64,000 nt of DNA from assembly GCA_951406725.2 (NCBI GenBank), contig OX597833.1, forward strand, positions 17,050,001-17,114,000, given 5' to 3'. Below are positions 28,922-42,045 of the stretch, one piece after another. The notes under the pieces are model-generated. The model had not been told where the DNA came from, did no database searches, and was given only the letters and a program-made list of their open reading frames with translations. Both the position numbers and the translations under genes were made by a program. The first letter of the stretch is position 1. Each line of letters opens with the position of its first letter. The stretch comes from Octopus vulgaris. Its lineage: Eukaryota.

Positions 28922-29251
28922 ACATCATCATCCTCCATTATCGTCATCATCATCATCATCGTTGTCGTCGACGTCATCGTCAACGTCATCATCAATATCT
29001 TCGTCATTATCATCATCATCATCATCTTCATCGTCGTCGTCATCATCACCATCATTATCATCATGATCATCATCACTGTCGTCATTATCACTATCACCAA
29101 TGATACCACAATCAATCGCATCATTATTGTCATCATCATCATCATTATCATCATCACCACCACAACCACCATCATCATCACTATCATCATCGTTATCATC
29201 ATCATCATCATCATCAACGTTATCATCATCATTATCATCGTCATCATCATT

Positions 29252-29282
<31 letters not shown>

Positions 29283-29710
29283 CCATCGTCATCATCATCA
29301 TCATCATCATTATCACCACCATCATCACCCCCATCATCATCATCATCATCATCATCATCACCATCGTCATCATCATGATCATCATCATTATCACCACCAT
29401 CATCACCCCCATCATCATCATCATCATTATCATCATCATCATCATCATCATCGTTATCATCATCCTCATCATCATCGTCATCATCGTTATCATCATCATC
29501 CTCATCATCATCATCACCATCGTCGTCATCATCATCATCATCATTATCATCATCATCGTCATCATCATCATCATCATCATAGTTATCATCATCATCATTA
29601 TCATCGTCATTATCATCATCTTCATCATCATCATCAGCAGCAGCAACATCACTATCACTGGAAACACTATCATCAATCTCATCATCATCATCATCACCAT
29701 CATCACTATC
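28922..29710. repeat. Degenerate (CAT)n block
   Basis: Directly visible. Confidence 0.95.
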
Positions 29711-29723
29711 GAGTCAGCAGAGA

Positions 29724-29790
29724 TTATGGGAAACACAAACTGAAGTATTCTTTCGATGATGTTTTTCTTCTCGCTGCTCCTGACCTCAGG
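29724..29790 (-). other. Weak candidate terminal exon
   Basis: Minus-strand T-rich tract TTTGTTTTTTTGTTTCAG, then LRSGAARRKTSSKEYFSLCFP* (or PEVRSSEKKNIIERILQFVFPIIS in another frame). No homology recognised. Confidence 0.2.
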
Positions 29791-29964
29791 CTGAAACAAA
29801 AAAACAAACCAACAAAACAAACAAAATAAAACAAACGAAAAAACAATCTGACACTGTACTTGAGTCGACTAAATTTTTCTTCTTCATGTTTGGAAATGGT
29901 TAAGACGTATTGATGCATATTTGATGCTGTTGGTTGTGTTAATAGAATTAGCTTTTGATCTGTT

Positions 29965-30065
<101 letters not shown>

Positions 30066-30066
30066 C

Positions 30067-30125
<59 letters not shown>

Positions 30126-30150
30126 CAGCAGCAGCAGCAGCAGCAGTAGC

Positions 30151-30196
<46 letters not shown>

Positions 30197-30360
30197 CTGT
30201 CTTTACGTTCTGAGTTCAAATTCCGCCGAGGTCGACTTAGCCTTTCATCCTCTCAGAGTCGATTAAATAAGTACCAGTTATGCACCGGGGCCGATTTAAT
30301 CGTCTAGTCCCCTCACCCACAAATTTCAGGCCTTGTGCCTATTGTAGGAAGAATTACTAG

Positions 30361-30406
<46 letters not shown>

Positions 30407-30419
30407 TTACTACTACTTT

Positions 30420-31010
30420 ACCGAGTGTGCGGTTACGATTGCACTACTGCTCTCCTTCAATCGGGCAGGCAAGGTAGTTTTCCTTTGCCTGATGGCTGTG
30501 TCAAAAGAGGTTGTTTGGTGAACAAACCTGAAAGACATGAGGACACTTACATTTCTCTCTGGTAGAGCTCTCATTGACTTCTTCAAGTTTCACTTGAAAA
30601 AGTAGAGGGAAGTGGAGAGGGAAGTGTTGTCCTCGAGTGAGTTTATTGAAAGGTGAGTGAAAATTGCGAAAATGGCAAGAGTGGATGGTACTCCTCTGAG
30701 TGTAGATCTGTAAGTCGGAGAGAAGGAACTGGAGAAGGTGGTTGCTCTCGGGGTTTCAGGGAAATCTCGGACATTTGGGTTCCTCGATTATCCTTAGAAG
30801 CTTTCCTATATTAGGATGGCCATATCTCTATCATCCTCCTTGCCACTTTTTTTAAACCGTTGTATACTATGCTTATGTCCCTTCTTTTACAGTGTATACC
30901 GTGTATACTTTCTTTCTTTCTTTTTCCTTATCATTGCATTATATGTAAACCCCAACACATTATGTATTGTCTCCCTCATCCTTCTCCATGTGGCAAGTAA
31001 ATGAAATCAT
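30420..31010 (+). mobile_element. Older Tx1/L1-like LINE 3' remnant
   Basis: LIDFFKFHLKK*REVEREVLS matches LVDFYKFHLKSKMRVEREVLP of 14034-14720. Confidence 0.7.
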
Positions 31011-31717
31011 CATTATTATCAATAATATTAATACGCTAACTTTTTGTCTTAGTACGTACCTGATGTGTGTGTCACACTTGCTTCAAAGAAGTGGCAAAGC
31101 GAGAGAGAGGAGGACAGAGCGGAAGTAAGAAATAAAGAGTGAGAGATGAAAGAGAGTGAGAGAGAAAGAGAGAGTGAGAAAGAAAGTGAGAGAATGAGAG
31201 AGAAAGAGATAGAGTGAAAGCGACAATGAGTGGTGACGACGTTCGTTTTGTGTTTTTAAATGTTTCAGAGAGGACGTAAGAGAGAAAGAAAGAAAGAGAG
31301 AGAGAGAGAGATAAAAGTGAGAAAGAAAGAGAGAGAGAGACAGAGAGTGGTGACGGCGTTCGTTTTCTGCTTTTAAACGTTTATCGCATCGCAAGAAAAG
31401 TAGATACATAGATACATATACGCATTGTTAAATCAAAAGCAGGAGAGAAGAGAGACACAAAGGAAGTGAAAGAGAAAGGGAGAATGTGAGAGAGACAGTA
31501 GATACATAAATCCAAAGAAAAGTCCATACATAGATAAATAGACACAGCAAATATTGGATGTCAGTTTCACTTTTCATTACCACACGAGGATGAAATTAAC
31601 ACACAAATGGCTGAGTACTACATAGACATGCATAACATTAACGTAATTCTTAGGAAGATTCAGCCTCTCACAGAATATGACGAGGCTGGTCCTTTTGAAT
31701 TGCAGCTACAACTCGAG

Positions 31718-31799
<82 letters not shown>

Positions 31800-32338
31800 G
31801 TGTGTGTGGATGGATGTATTTGTGTGTGTGTGTATATATAGTTTAGGTTAGTTAAAACATGTTTGCAATAATGAGTCGCGTGGTGGAAATAAACGCAATT
31901 ACCAAACTTTCATTCATAAATCCATTTATTATTTCGTTCTTTTGCATTTCAATTTTTACATTAAGGTTCTTTGAATATGTACGATGTAGTTTAAGGTTAA
32001 ATGCTAATTCCGTTTACGCTTATGTAACAGAGATATTTTGGTTGGATTATATAGTCATTGGTGTTACATTATATTCTATATTCTGTAACTGTCACAATAT
32101 ACTTTTCTAGACCTGAAACTTTTGTGGGGAGGGGGCCAGTTGATTAGATCGACCCCAGCACACAACTGGTACTTAATTTATCGACCCCGAAAGGACGAAA
32201 GGCAAAGTCGACCTCGGCAGAATTTGAACTCAGAACGTAAAGACAGACGGTCATAATATGCAAACTATTTCTCACTGTTTAAAGATGCTTACATTTTTTT
32301 TGTGTTTTCCGTGAATTTTTCACGGATCCAGCTAGTTA

Positions 32339-32394
<56 letters not shown>

Positions 32395-32395
32395 G

Positions 32396-32927
32396 AGTGA
32401 GAGAGCAGTTCATGCCATCAAAGTGACACTGGGGTAAAATATACGAAGCCCAATATACCCATCATGACTACCCGTCTGATAAGGGTACACCAGGCACATG
32501 CATCACAACCATATGTGCGCGACAAGGTGATCTCATAAAAAGATAAACAGCATATGACCTTGCAGGTGAGGCCCAGTTAGAATTTTCTTCAGGTTGAGTA
32601 GCCCATCCCGCTCAAAAGGTCCCAGAATAAGGGTTGTTTAAGGATGTTGAAAGAACCACCCATGTTTCCAGAGGTGAATCATTCAAACCCCAAAGAATCC
32701 TTCTCAACACATGGCTATGATGCTCCCCCACTACTTCTGCTCGTGATCAGAGATGCACATATCGTCAGCCACTAAGGGACATGCTCAACTGGTTAAAGTC
32801 AAACAACTGACAAGCAAATCTGTGGTATTGAGCAGAATATTTGCTGTAGCCCATCTTTTATACCAAGACAAAACAATGTACATGATAACACTTCCAATCA
32901 GTTAAGATCAGAAGCCATGAGAGCCAC

Positions 32928-32928
<1 letters not shown>
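32396..32928 (-). mobile_element. ~530-bp repeat inserted in (ATT)n, probable retroelement 3' end
   Basis: Flanked on both sides by (ATT)n. A second, diverged copy at 53828-54320 shares the same left end. Confidence 0.7.
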
Positions 32929-32990
<62 letters not shown>

Positions 32991-33349
32991 CATTATTGTT
33001 GTTGTTATTTTCTGACCGAACATTGCACTTAACATGTTATTACTATTGTTTGTTCACTCAAGGCTTGGATATCATAATAACGAATAACGAGAGGAAAATA
33101 AAGAACGAGAGAGAAAAGTTTGAGGGTTTTTTTGTTGTTGTTGTTGTTGTTGTTGTTTTTCTTTAGACAAAATAAACATTTTTGCAAAAGAAAAGAACTT
33201 TTTAATCTCTCAAACCGAAGAGCGACTGGTCTTAATAATTTTGACGTCACAAATTTAAGAGATGTCTGCCAACAATCGCTCTGTTATTTTATAACTGGTT
33301 TAATAGCGAGCTGAATAAACAAAGAGAGACGCTTGTTGTTGCTCTAGGT

Positions 33350-34383
33350 GTTGTGGTTGTTATTGTTGTTGTTGTGGTTGGTTTTGTTCTTGTTATTGTT
33401 GTTGTTTTTCATAGTGTTTTTTGTGTTTTTTTTGGTTGTTTGTACTGTTGTGGTTATAACTGCCAGCGCCGTCATCAATGTTTTTTGTTGTTGGTGGTGG
33501 AGGTGGCGGTGGTGGTGGTGGTGGTGGTGGTGGTGGTGGTGGTGGTGGTGGTGGTGGTGGTGGTGGTGGTGGTGGTGGTGGTGGTGGTGGTTGGTGGTGG
33601 GTGATGTTTGTGGTGGTGGTGGTGGTGGTGGCGCTTGTGGTTTAAGGGTGAGTGGAGATGGTGCTGTTGCTGCTGCTGCTGGTGGTGATTGTGGTGGTGA
33701 CGGTGGTAGTAGTGGTGGTGGCAGTGGTTGTAGTAGTGGTGGAGGTGGTGGTGGTGGTTGCGGTTGTGGTGGTAGTGGTGGTTGCTGTAGTGATGGTGGT
33801 GGTAGTGGTGGTGGTGGTGGTTGTGGTAGTGGTGGTGGTGGTTGCGGTAGTGGTAGTTGTAGTAGTAGTGGTAGTGGTGGTGGTTGTGGTAATGGTGGGT
33901 TGTGGTGGTAGTGGTTGTGGTTGCGATTGTGGTGGTGGTGGTAGTGGTTGCGGTTGTGGTGGTGGTGGTAGTGGTGGTTGCGGTAGTGATGGTGGTGGTG
34001 GTGGTGGTTGCGGTAGTGGTAGTTGTAGTAGTAGTGGTGGTAGTAGTGGTTATGGTTGTGGTAATGGTGGTGGTGGTGGTGGTAGTGGTGGTAGTGGTGG
34101 TGGTTGCGGTTGTGGCGGGGGTGGTGGCGGCGGCGGGGGAGGTGGTGGTGGCGGCGGCGTCGGTGTTGTTGATGCGATTGTCGGTGGCATTACTATCGCT
34201 TCTGCTGTTTTTAATAATGTTTATTGCCTGTTATTGTTACATTATATTGTTACGCTTTTGTATTTGATGTTGTTGTTGTTGTTCTTGTTGTTGTGATGGT
34301 TGTGGTTGTGGTTGTGCTTATTGTTGTTGAGGTTGTTGATGCCGTTCGCATTGTTATCGCTTTTATTGCTGACGATGCGGCTG

Positions 34384-34478
<95 letters not shown>

Positions 34479-34553
34479 CACGATGATGATTATGGTGACG
34501 ATGATGGTGATGGTGACAACGACGACAACGGTGATGGTGGTGGTGGTGGTTGT

Positions 34554-34584
<31 letters not shown>

Positions 34585-34775
34585 TTTATGATGACGAGGA
34601 CGATGACGATGTTGATGACGATGATGATGATGACGACGACGATGATGATGACAACGATGATGGTGATGACGATGATGATGATGATGATGACGACGACGAC
34701 GACGGTGATAACGATGACGATGATGATGATGACGATGGTGATGATGACGCTGATGACGACGATGACGATGACGTT
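33350..34775. repeat. Compound (GTT)n/(GGT)n/(GCT)n/(GAT)n low-complexity block
   Basis: Directly visible. Confidence 0.95.
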
Positions 34776-34823
34776 GACAGCTCATATTTTTCGTCTGGTT
34801 TCTTCTTTTTTTTTTCTTTCCAG

Positions 34824-34850
34824 ATATTTACTAGCTTCATTAGTACAAAG
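34824..34850 (+). other. Candidate 27-nt microexon
   Basis: Strong acceptor TTTCTTCTTTTTTTTTTCTTTCCAG, 27 nt, then AAG|GTACAG (weak donor). Open as IFTSFISTK or YLLASLVQ. Confidence 0.25.
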
Positions 34851-35056
34851 GTACAGGAATTATTGAGGTCGCACGGCCTTGATCATGTTTTATATTCTTG
34901 CTTTAATGCATCGTGGTGCAGTTATATTTCATTGATTTCATCTGAAGGAAGCGGTTGTAACCATACCCATGGCTTTCGCAAACCTTCCGAGTTTATAATA
35001 ACCGCAGACTTTTCGAGTTAACAGTTACATCATGTTAATGAGGTTTCTGCCGAAGT

Positions 35057-35221
35057 GGCGCAGAAGCGGCTGTGTGGTAAGTAGCTTGTCTACCAACAAC
35101 ATGGTTCGGGGTTCAGTCCCACAGTGTGGCACCTTGGACAAGTGTCTACTACTATAGCCTCGGGCCGACCAAAGCCTTGTGAGTGGATTTGGTAGACGGA
35201 AACTGAAAGAAGACCGTCGTA

Positions 35222-35263
<42 letters not shown>

Positions 35264-35490
35264 TGTGTGTGTTTGTGTGTCAGTGTTTGTCCCCCTAGCA
35301 TTGCTTGACAACCGATGCTGGTGTGTTTATGTCCCCGTTACTTAGCGGTTCGGCAAAAGAGACCGATAGAATAAGTACTGGGCTTACAAAAGAATAAGTC
35401 CCGGGGTTGAGTTGCTCAATTAAAGGTGGTGCTCCAGCATGGCCGCAGTCAAGTGACTGAAACAAGTAATAGAGTAAAAGAGAGTAAAAG
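35057..35490 (+). mobile_element. SINE family A
   Basis: Full-length match to consensus. Confidence 0.85.
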
Positions 35491-35589
35491 AGTAAGTGCA
35501 AGTTTAGTGTTAATACTAATGACTTGTCTTTTTAGGAGTGGATCCCTAGTCCCTTCGCTCCCGCCCCTTTTAGTTTCCTCTTATGCTAC

Positions 35590-36003
35590 GCAGGGAATAC
35601 GGCGGCTTGTAAGGAGGGTGATGAAGGTAGAAGTGGTAGGCAGCAGAACCAGAGACAGACCTTGGTTTGTGTGGATGGATGGATGGAGTGAGGAAAGCTT
35701 TGGAGGTTAGAAGTATTAGTGTAAGAAAAGCAAGAGGGTTTATTAATGATAGGAAAGCTTGGAAAGTGTATGTGGACGGATGAGTGAATCTGATGTTGCT
35801 CAAAAGGGTACGGAACCAGCATGATGCAGCGGGGTTGAACCAGCTTATGCTGTCGGGCCCCGCTGCTGATATTGGGGGTTGCGTTCTATGCCTTGACCCG
35901 AGCACAGAACAGGGCTCGCCTCTTTGAGCTGGGAAATGAATGGATGTCTGGTGCATGTCTTGGTGTGGTTACCCCTCCTAAAAAAACGGGGAATAGACCT
36001 GGG
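35590..36003 (+). mobile_element. RTE-like LINE 3' end running into (ATGT)n
   Basis: RRLVRRVMKVEVVGSRTRDRPWFVWMDG..VRKALEVRSISVRKARGFINDRKAWK resembles the GxRxxGRPxxxWxD...DRxxW C-terminus of RTE. Confidence 0.7.
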
Positions 36004-36465
36004 TGTATGTATGTATGCATGTATGTATGTATGTATGTATGTATGTATGTATGTATGTATGTATGTATGTATGTATGTATGTATGTATGTATGTATGCAT
36101 GTATGTATGTATGTATGTATGTATGTACGTGTGTATGTATGGATGGATGTATGGATGGATGTATGTATGTATGTATGTATGTGTGTGTGTATATGCATGT
36201 ATGTAAGTATGTATGTTTGTATGTATGTATGTATGTATGTATGTATGTATGTATGTATGTATGTATGTATGTATGTATGTATGTATGTATGTATGTATGT
36301 ATGTATGTATGTATGTGTATATATATGTCATTATTCAGTTTATTTCAAGATTTCTTGCCAATAGAGAAAGAACCGGTTTCTACCCTAGATCCAAGGCTCC
36401 TTCATTGGAATTCACCAGCATCAACAGGGTATTTTTGTATGTATGTATGTATGTATGTAAGTATG

Positions 36466-36496
<31 letters not shown>

Positions 36497-38300
36497 GTAT
36501 GTATGTTTGTATGTATGTATGTAAGTATGTATGTTTGTATGTATGTATGTATGTATGTATGTATGTATGTATGTATGTATGTATGTATGTGTGTATGTAT
36601 GTATGTATGTATGTATGTATGTATGTATGTATGTATGTATGTATGTATGTATGTATGTATGTATGTATGTATGTATGTATGTTTGTATGTATGTATGTAT
36701 GTATGTATGTATGTATGTATGCATGTATGTATGTATGTATGTATGTATGTATGTATGTATGTATGTATGTATGTATGTATGTATGTATGTATGTATGTAT
36801 GTATGTATGTATGTATGTATGTGTGTATGTATGTATGTATGTATGTATGTATGTATGTATGAATGTATGTATGCATGCATGTATGTATGTATGTATGTAT
36901 GTATGTATGTATGCATGCATGTATGTATGTATGTATGTATGTATGTATGTATGCATGCATGTATGTATGTATGTATGTGTGTATGTATGTATGCATGCAT
37001 GTATGTATGTATGTATGCATGTATGTATGTATGTTTGTATGTATGTATGTATGTATGTATGTATGTATGTATGTATGAATGCATGTATGTATGTATGTGT
37101 GTATGTATGTATGTATGTATGTATGTATGTATGTATGTATGTATGCATGCATGTATGTATGTATGTATGTATGTATGTATGTATGTATGTATGTATGTAT
37201 GTATGTATGTATGTATGTATGTATGTATGCATGCATGTATGTATGTATGTATGTATGTATGTATGTATGTATGTATGTATGTATGTATGTATGTATGTAT
37301 GTATGTATGTATGTATGTGTGTATGTATGTATGTATGTATGTATGTATGTATGTATGTATGTATGCATGCATGTATGTATGTATGTATGTATGTATGTAT
37401 GTATGTATGCATGTATGTATGTATGTATGTATGTATGTATGTATGTATGTATGTATGTATGTATGTATGTATGTATGTATGTATGTATGTATGTATGTAT
37501 GTATGTATGTATGTATGTATGTATGTATGTATGTATGTATGTATGTATGTATGTATGTATGTATGTATGTATGTATGTATGTATGTATGTATGTATGTAT
37601 GTATGTATGTATGTATGTATGTATGTATGTATGTATGTATGTATGTATGTATGTATGTATGTATGTATGTATGTATGTATGTATGTATGTATGTATGTAT
37701 GTATGTATGTATGTATGTATGTATGTATGTATGTATGTATGTATGTATGTATGTATGTATGTATGTATGTATGTATGTATGTATGTATGTATGTATGTAT
37801 GTATGTATGTATGTATGTATGTATGTATGTATGTATGTATGTATGTATGTATGTATGTATGTATGTATGTATGTATGTATGTATGTATGTATGTATGTAT
37901 GTATGTATGTATGTGTGTATGTATGTATGCATGCATGTATGTATGTATGTATGTATGTAAGTATGTATGTATGTATGTATGTATGTATGTATGTATGTAT
38001 GTATGTATGTATGTATGTATGTATGTATGTATGTATGTATGTATGTATGTATGTATGTATGTATGTATGTATGTATGTATGTATGTATGTATGTATGTAT
38101 GTATGTATGTATGTATGTATGTATGTATGTATGTATGTATGTATGTATGTATGCATGTATGTATGTATGTATGTATGTGTGTATGTATGTATGCATGCAT
38201 GCATGCATGTATGTATGTATGTATGTATGTATGCATGCATGTATGTATGTATGTATGTATGCATGTATGCATGTATGCATGCATGTATGAATGTATGAGT
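36004..38300. repeat. ~2.3-kb (ATGT)n array with a ~110-bp unique interruption at ~36328-36437
   Basis: Directly visible. Confidence 0.97.
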
Positions 38301-38445
38301 GTATGTATTCTCATGCATATAGTTGTATATCTAGATATGCTCTTAGGTCTCAAGTCAAATAACTTGAATGCATCAGACTACACCTAAGTGTAGTATAATT
38401 CGATGTAGGTTAGTGGAAATTAAAGGGACTGTACGGACTTCGAGG

Positions 38446-38749
38446 AGAAACCAGCCGTAAAAATAAGAACTGTCAACGTCATCCTCATCGTCGTCGTTAT
38501 CATCATCATCATCATCGCCATCATCATCATCGCCATCATCATCGTCATCATCATCATCGTCATCGTTATCACCGTCGTCGTCGTCGTCATCATCATCATC
38601 ATCGTCGTCGTCGTCGTCGTCATCATCATCGTCGTCGTCAACATCATTATCGTCATCAACATCGTCATCGTCCTCGTCATCATCATCATCATCATCGTCA
38701 TCGTCATCATCAGCATCAGCAGCAGCAGCAGCAGCAACAGACGCATCGT
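38446..38749 (-). repeat. Inverted copy of 34371-34805
   Basis: The reverse complement reproduces both unique ends (ACGATGCG.CTGTT and GACGTTGACAG.TC.TATTTTT.CG.CTGGTTTCT) and internal interruptions (GACGAGGACGATGACGATGTTGATGAC; GACGGTGATAACGATGAC). Confidence 0.85.
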
Positions 38750-38847
38750 GCAGTTTAGTGTAGCTTAGTGCAACCTAGTGTAGTTTAAGGTAGTTTGGTG
38801 TTGTCAGATGTGGTTTAGTAGAGTTTAGTGCAGTCTTGCTTAACGTA

Positions 38848-39970
38848 ATCCTTTCTGCTACAGGCACAAGCCTGAATATTGGTTGGAGGGTGCCAATCTA
38901 TTAGATCGATCCCAGTAGGAAACTGGTACTTAATATATCGACCCCCGAAAGGATGAAAAGCAAAGTTGACCTCGGCGGGATTTGAACTCAGAACGTAAAG
39001 ACAGACGGAATGCTGCCAAGCATTTTGCCCGGCGTGCTAACGTCTCTGCCAGCTCTGCAGTTTTATGTAGATTAGCGCCGTTCGGAAGTTATTTTCTTGA
39101 ATACCCTGTATTTGTATAGAATCTACAACAAAAGCCCTTAGCTGTTACACGGCACTTAGATTTAATATTGATTTCAAATTTTGGCACAAGGCTAGCAAGT
39201 TCGAGGAAGGGAGCCAGTACTTAACTGGTGCTTATTTTATCGACCCCGAAAGGATGAAAGGCAAAGTTGACCTCGGCATCATTTGAACTCAGAATGTAAA
39301 GACGGACGGCCCAGTGTGCTAACGATTCTTATTTCTTTACTGCCCATAAGGGGCTACACACAGAAGGGACAAACAAGGACAGACAAACTGAGGAAGTCGA
39401 TTATATCGACCCCAGTGCGTAACTGGTACTTATTTAATCGACCCCGAAAGGATAAAAGGCAAAGTTGACCTCGGCGGAATTTGAACTCAGAACGTAGCTG
39501 CAGACGAAATACCTATTTCTTTACTACCCACAAGGGGCTAAACACAGAAGGGACAAACAAGGACAGACAAACGGATTAAGTCGATTATATCGACCCCAGT
39601 GCGTAACTGGTACTTATTTAATCGACCCCGAAAGGATGAAAGGCAAAGTTGACCTCGGCAGCATTTGAACTCAGAACGTAAAGACGGACGGTGCTAACGA
39701 TTCTTATTTCTTTATTGCCCACAGGGGGGAATATATTCTATTTCTTTACTACCCACAAGGGGCTAAACACAGAGGGGGACGAACAAGGACAGACAAACAG
39801 ATTAAGTCGATTATATCGACCCCAGTGCGTAACTGGTACTTATTTAATCGACCCCGAAAGGATGAAAGGCAAAGTCGACCTCGGCGGAATTTGAACTCAG
39901 GACGTAGCGACAGACGAAATGCTGCTGAGCATTTCGCCCGGCGTGCTAACGATTCTGTCAGCTCGCTGCC
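38848..39970 (-). mobile_element. SINE family C monomer plus rearranged multimer
   Basis: About five family C bodies on the minus strand, separated by ~120 bp of other sequence near 39060-39175. Confidence 0.8.
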
Positions 39971-41099
39971 ATTAGACTTAACTTAGACTTAATATTGAAG
40001 TTATGCAGCTCTGAAATTAGAGCTTCAAACCTTGGTTTAGCCACAATGAAAACCCAAAGAAAACGAATAAGAATAAGAAATATGTATTGTTTATGGATGA
40101 CAGCAGGAGTGAATTCGAGAATTATTATGTAATAGATAAGAAGGTAAATGCCCTGATGTTCTGGACGATAATAAATAAACATCACGTTGAAAATGAAGTC
40201 ATTTTATTCTGCACTTATATCATTATATTACAAATGTAGAATTCATTTCCTTTTTCCCTTTCAATTTAGATTGCTCCACATTTAATTTAGCTGACTCCAG
40301 TATAAAATATCGTTTCTCTTTCCTGCTTATTTCACTTGATCAGCGAGAAAATTGACTTTTTAGAAAGAAATAATTACTGCAACACATCATCCAACCTTCC
40401 CTCTCTCTCTCTTCTATACAAGAATCCTTTAAATTTTGTAAGAAATCCAGTTATTCAACGACTGCTTCTTCATCACACTTATGTCACTTGCTCCCCACTG
40501 GAGACTCTCAAACGTAAAACAGTCCATTCTTCTTGAAGCCGATTTAAGAGATCAACGTATTTAGTTTATAGTTTTACAATATAATATTTAAATTCCGATG
40601 GAGTTCATTCACCTCTGACGATTAAATCGTCAGAAATGTCAGCACTGTGGATAGAGTGATGGCTGACAAGTGTCGCCGTCAAAAGTTCAACTACCTCGCA
40701 AATTCGTTGATCTCTAACAGCAGCTGCATGTGGCTAAGAGCTAAAGCCGACATTATGCTTAGCAGACTAGATATTCAGTCTCACGAACGTCAACCGAAGC
40801 TTAACTCTGACGCTTAAAGCGATTTCAAAATTGCTTAATGACTAGAGGAAATAATTCATTTCTTTAATGAATTGTAATAAAAATTACTGTGTGGTCACTG
40901 ACGTCTACGGAATCTAGTAAACATTATGCAGGGACATATGCCCTAACCATTACTATATTAACACCATCATGACCGTTACTATGCTAAAACTACGCCAGCA
41001 GCAGCATTTTCACAAATACTATTATCGTTATTTTAACTACCATTGACATGGCTACAATTTCTACGTATTGATCCATGAGAGATTAGAAACACTTTTTCA

Positions 41100-42045
41100 G
41101 TATAATTTATTACACTCACCCAAGGCATGAAGAAATAGTTGCACTCACTCAGGGCCTGAATGAATTACTGCACTCTCAGGGGTCCTGAATAGACTATTCA
41201 TTCGGGGCCTGAATAAATTATTACATTCACTCATGGCCTGAATAAGTTATTACATTCACTCGGGGCCCTAATGAGCTATTACATTCACTCGGGGCCCTAA
41301 TGTGCTATTACATTCACTCGGGGCCCTAATGAGCTATTACATTCACTCGGGGCCCTAATGAGCTATTACATTCACTCAGGGCCCTAATGAGCTATTACAT
41401 TCACTCGGGGCCCTAATGTGCTATTACATTCACTCGGGTCCTGAATGAGCTATTACATTCACTCAGGGCCCTAATGAGCTATTACATTCACGCAGGGCCC
41501 TAATGAGCTATTACATTCACTCGGGGCCCTAATGAGCTATTACATTCACTCGGGGCCTGAATGAGCTATTACATTCACTCGGGGCCCTAATGTGCTATTA
41601 CATTCACTCGGGTCCTGAATGAGCTATTACATTCACTCAGGGCCCTAATGAGCTATTACATTCACTCAGGGCCCTAATGAGCTATTACATTCACTCGGGG
41701 CCCTAATGAGCTATTACATTCACTCGGGGCCCTAATGTGCTATTACATTCACTCGGGGCCCTAATGAGCTATTACATTCACTCAGGGCCCTAATGAGCTA
41801 TTACATTCACTCTGGGCCCGAATGAGCTATTACATTCACTCAGGGCCCTAATGAGCTATTACATTCACTCGGGGCCTGAATGAGCTATTGAATTCGCTCG
41901 GGGTCTGAATAAATTATTGCACTCACCCAAGGAAAGATATGGTTGTATTCTCTCAAGGCCTAAAGAAGTTAATAAACCTAAAGAAGTTAATAAACCTAAA
42001 GAAGTTAATAAACTCATCCGGGGCCTGATGAAATGATTGCACTCA
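41100..42045. repeat. 29-bp minisatellite (GAGCTATTACATTCACTCGGGGCCCTAAT)n
   Basis: About 21 near-perfect units at 41273-41880 with degenerate units on both sides. An 18-bp unit is repeated three times at ~41959-42012. Confidence 0.95.

Noticed and set aside
28909-29820. Met-rich 303-aa ORF, superficially reflectin-like in Met content
   Set aside because: Pure (CAT)n translation with no reflectin motifs and no Tyr/Arg/Pro composition.
33348-35021. Gly/Cys-rich and poly-Asp ORFs resembling structural or biomineral proteins
   Set aside because: Trinucleotide repeats open in several frames on both strands, with no credible start, signal peptide or splice context.
35872-38387. ORFs of 600-800 aa (MYVC/YIHT repeats)
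   Set aside because: Read-through of (ATGT)n, which lacks stop codons in all frames.
38750-38835. Telomere-like TTAG-containing repeat
   Set aside because: Degenerate ~10-bp unit (GTGTAGTTTA), not (TTAGGG)n or (TTAGG)n.
41100-42045. 29-bp repeat as a CRISPR array
   Set aside because: Units are contiguous with no unique spacers, no cas genes are present, and the context is eukaryotic.
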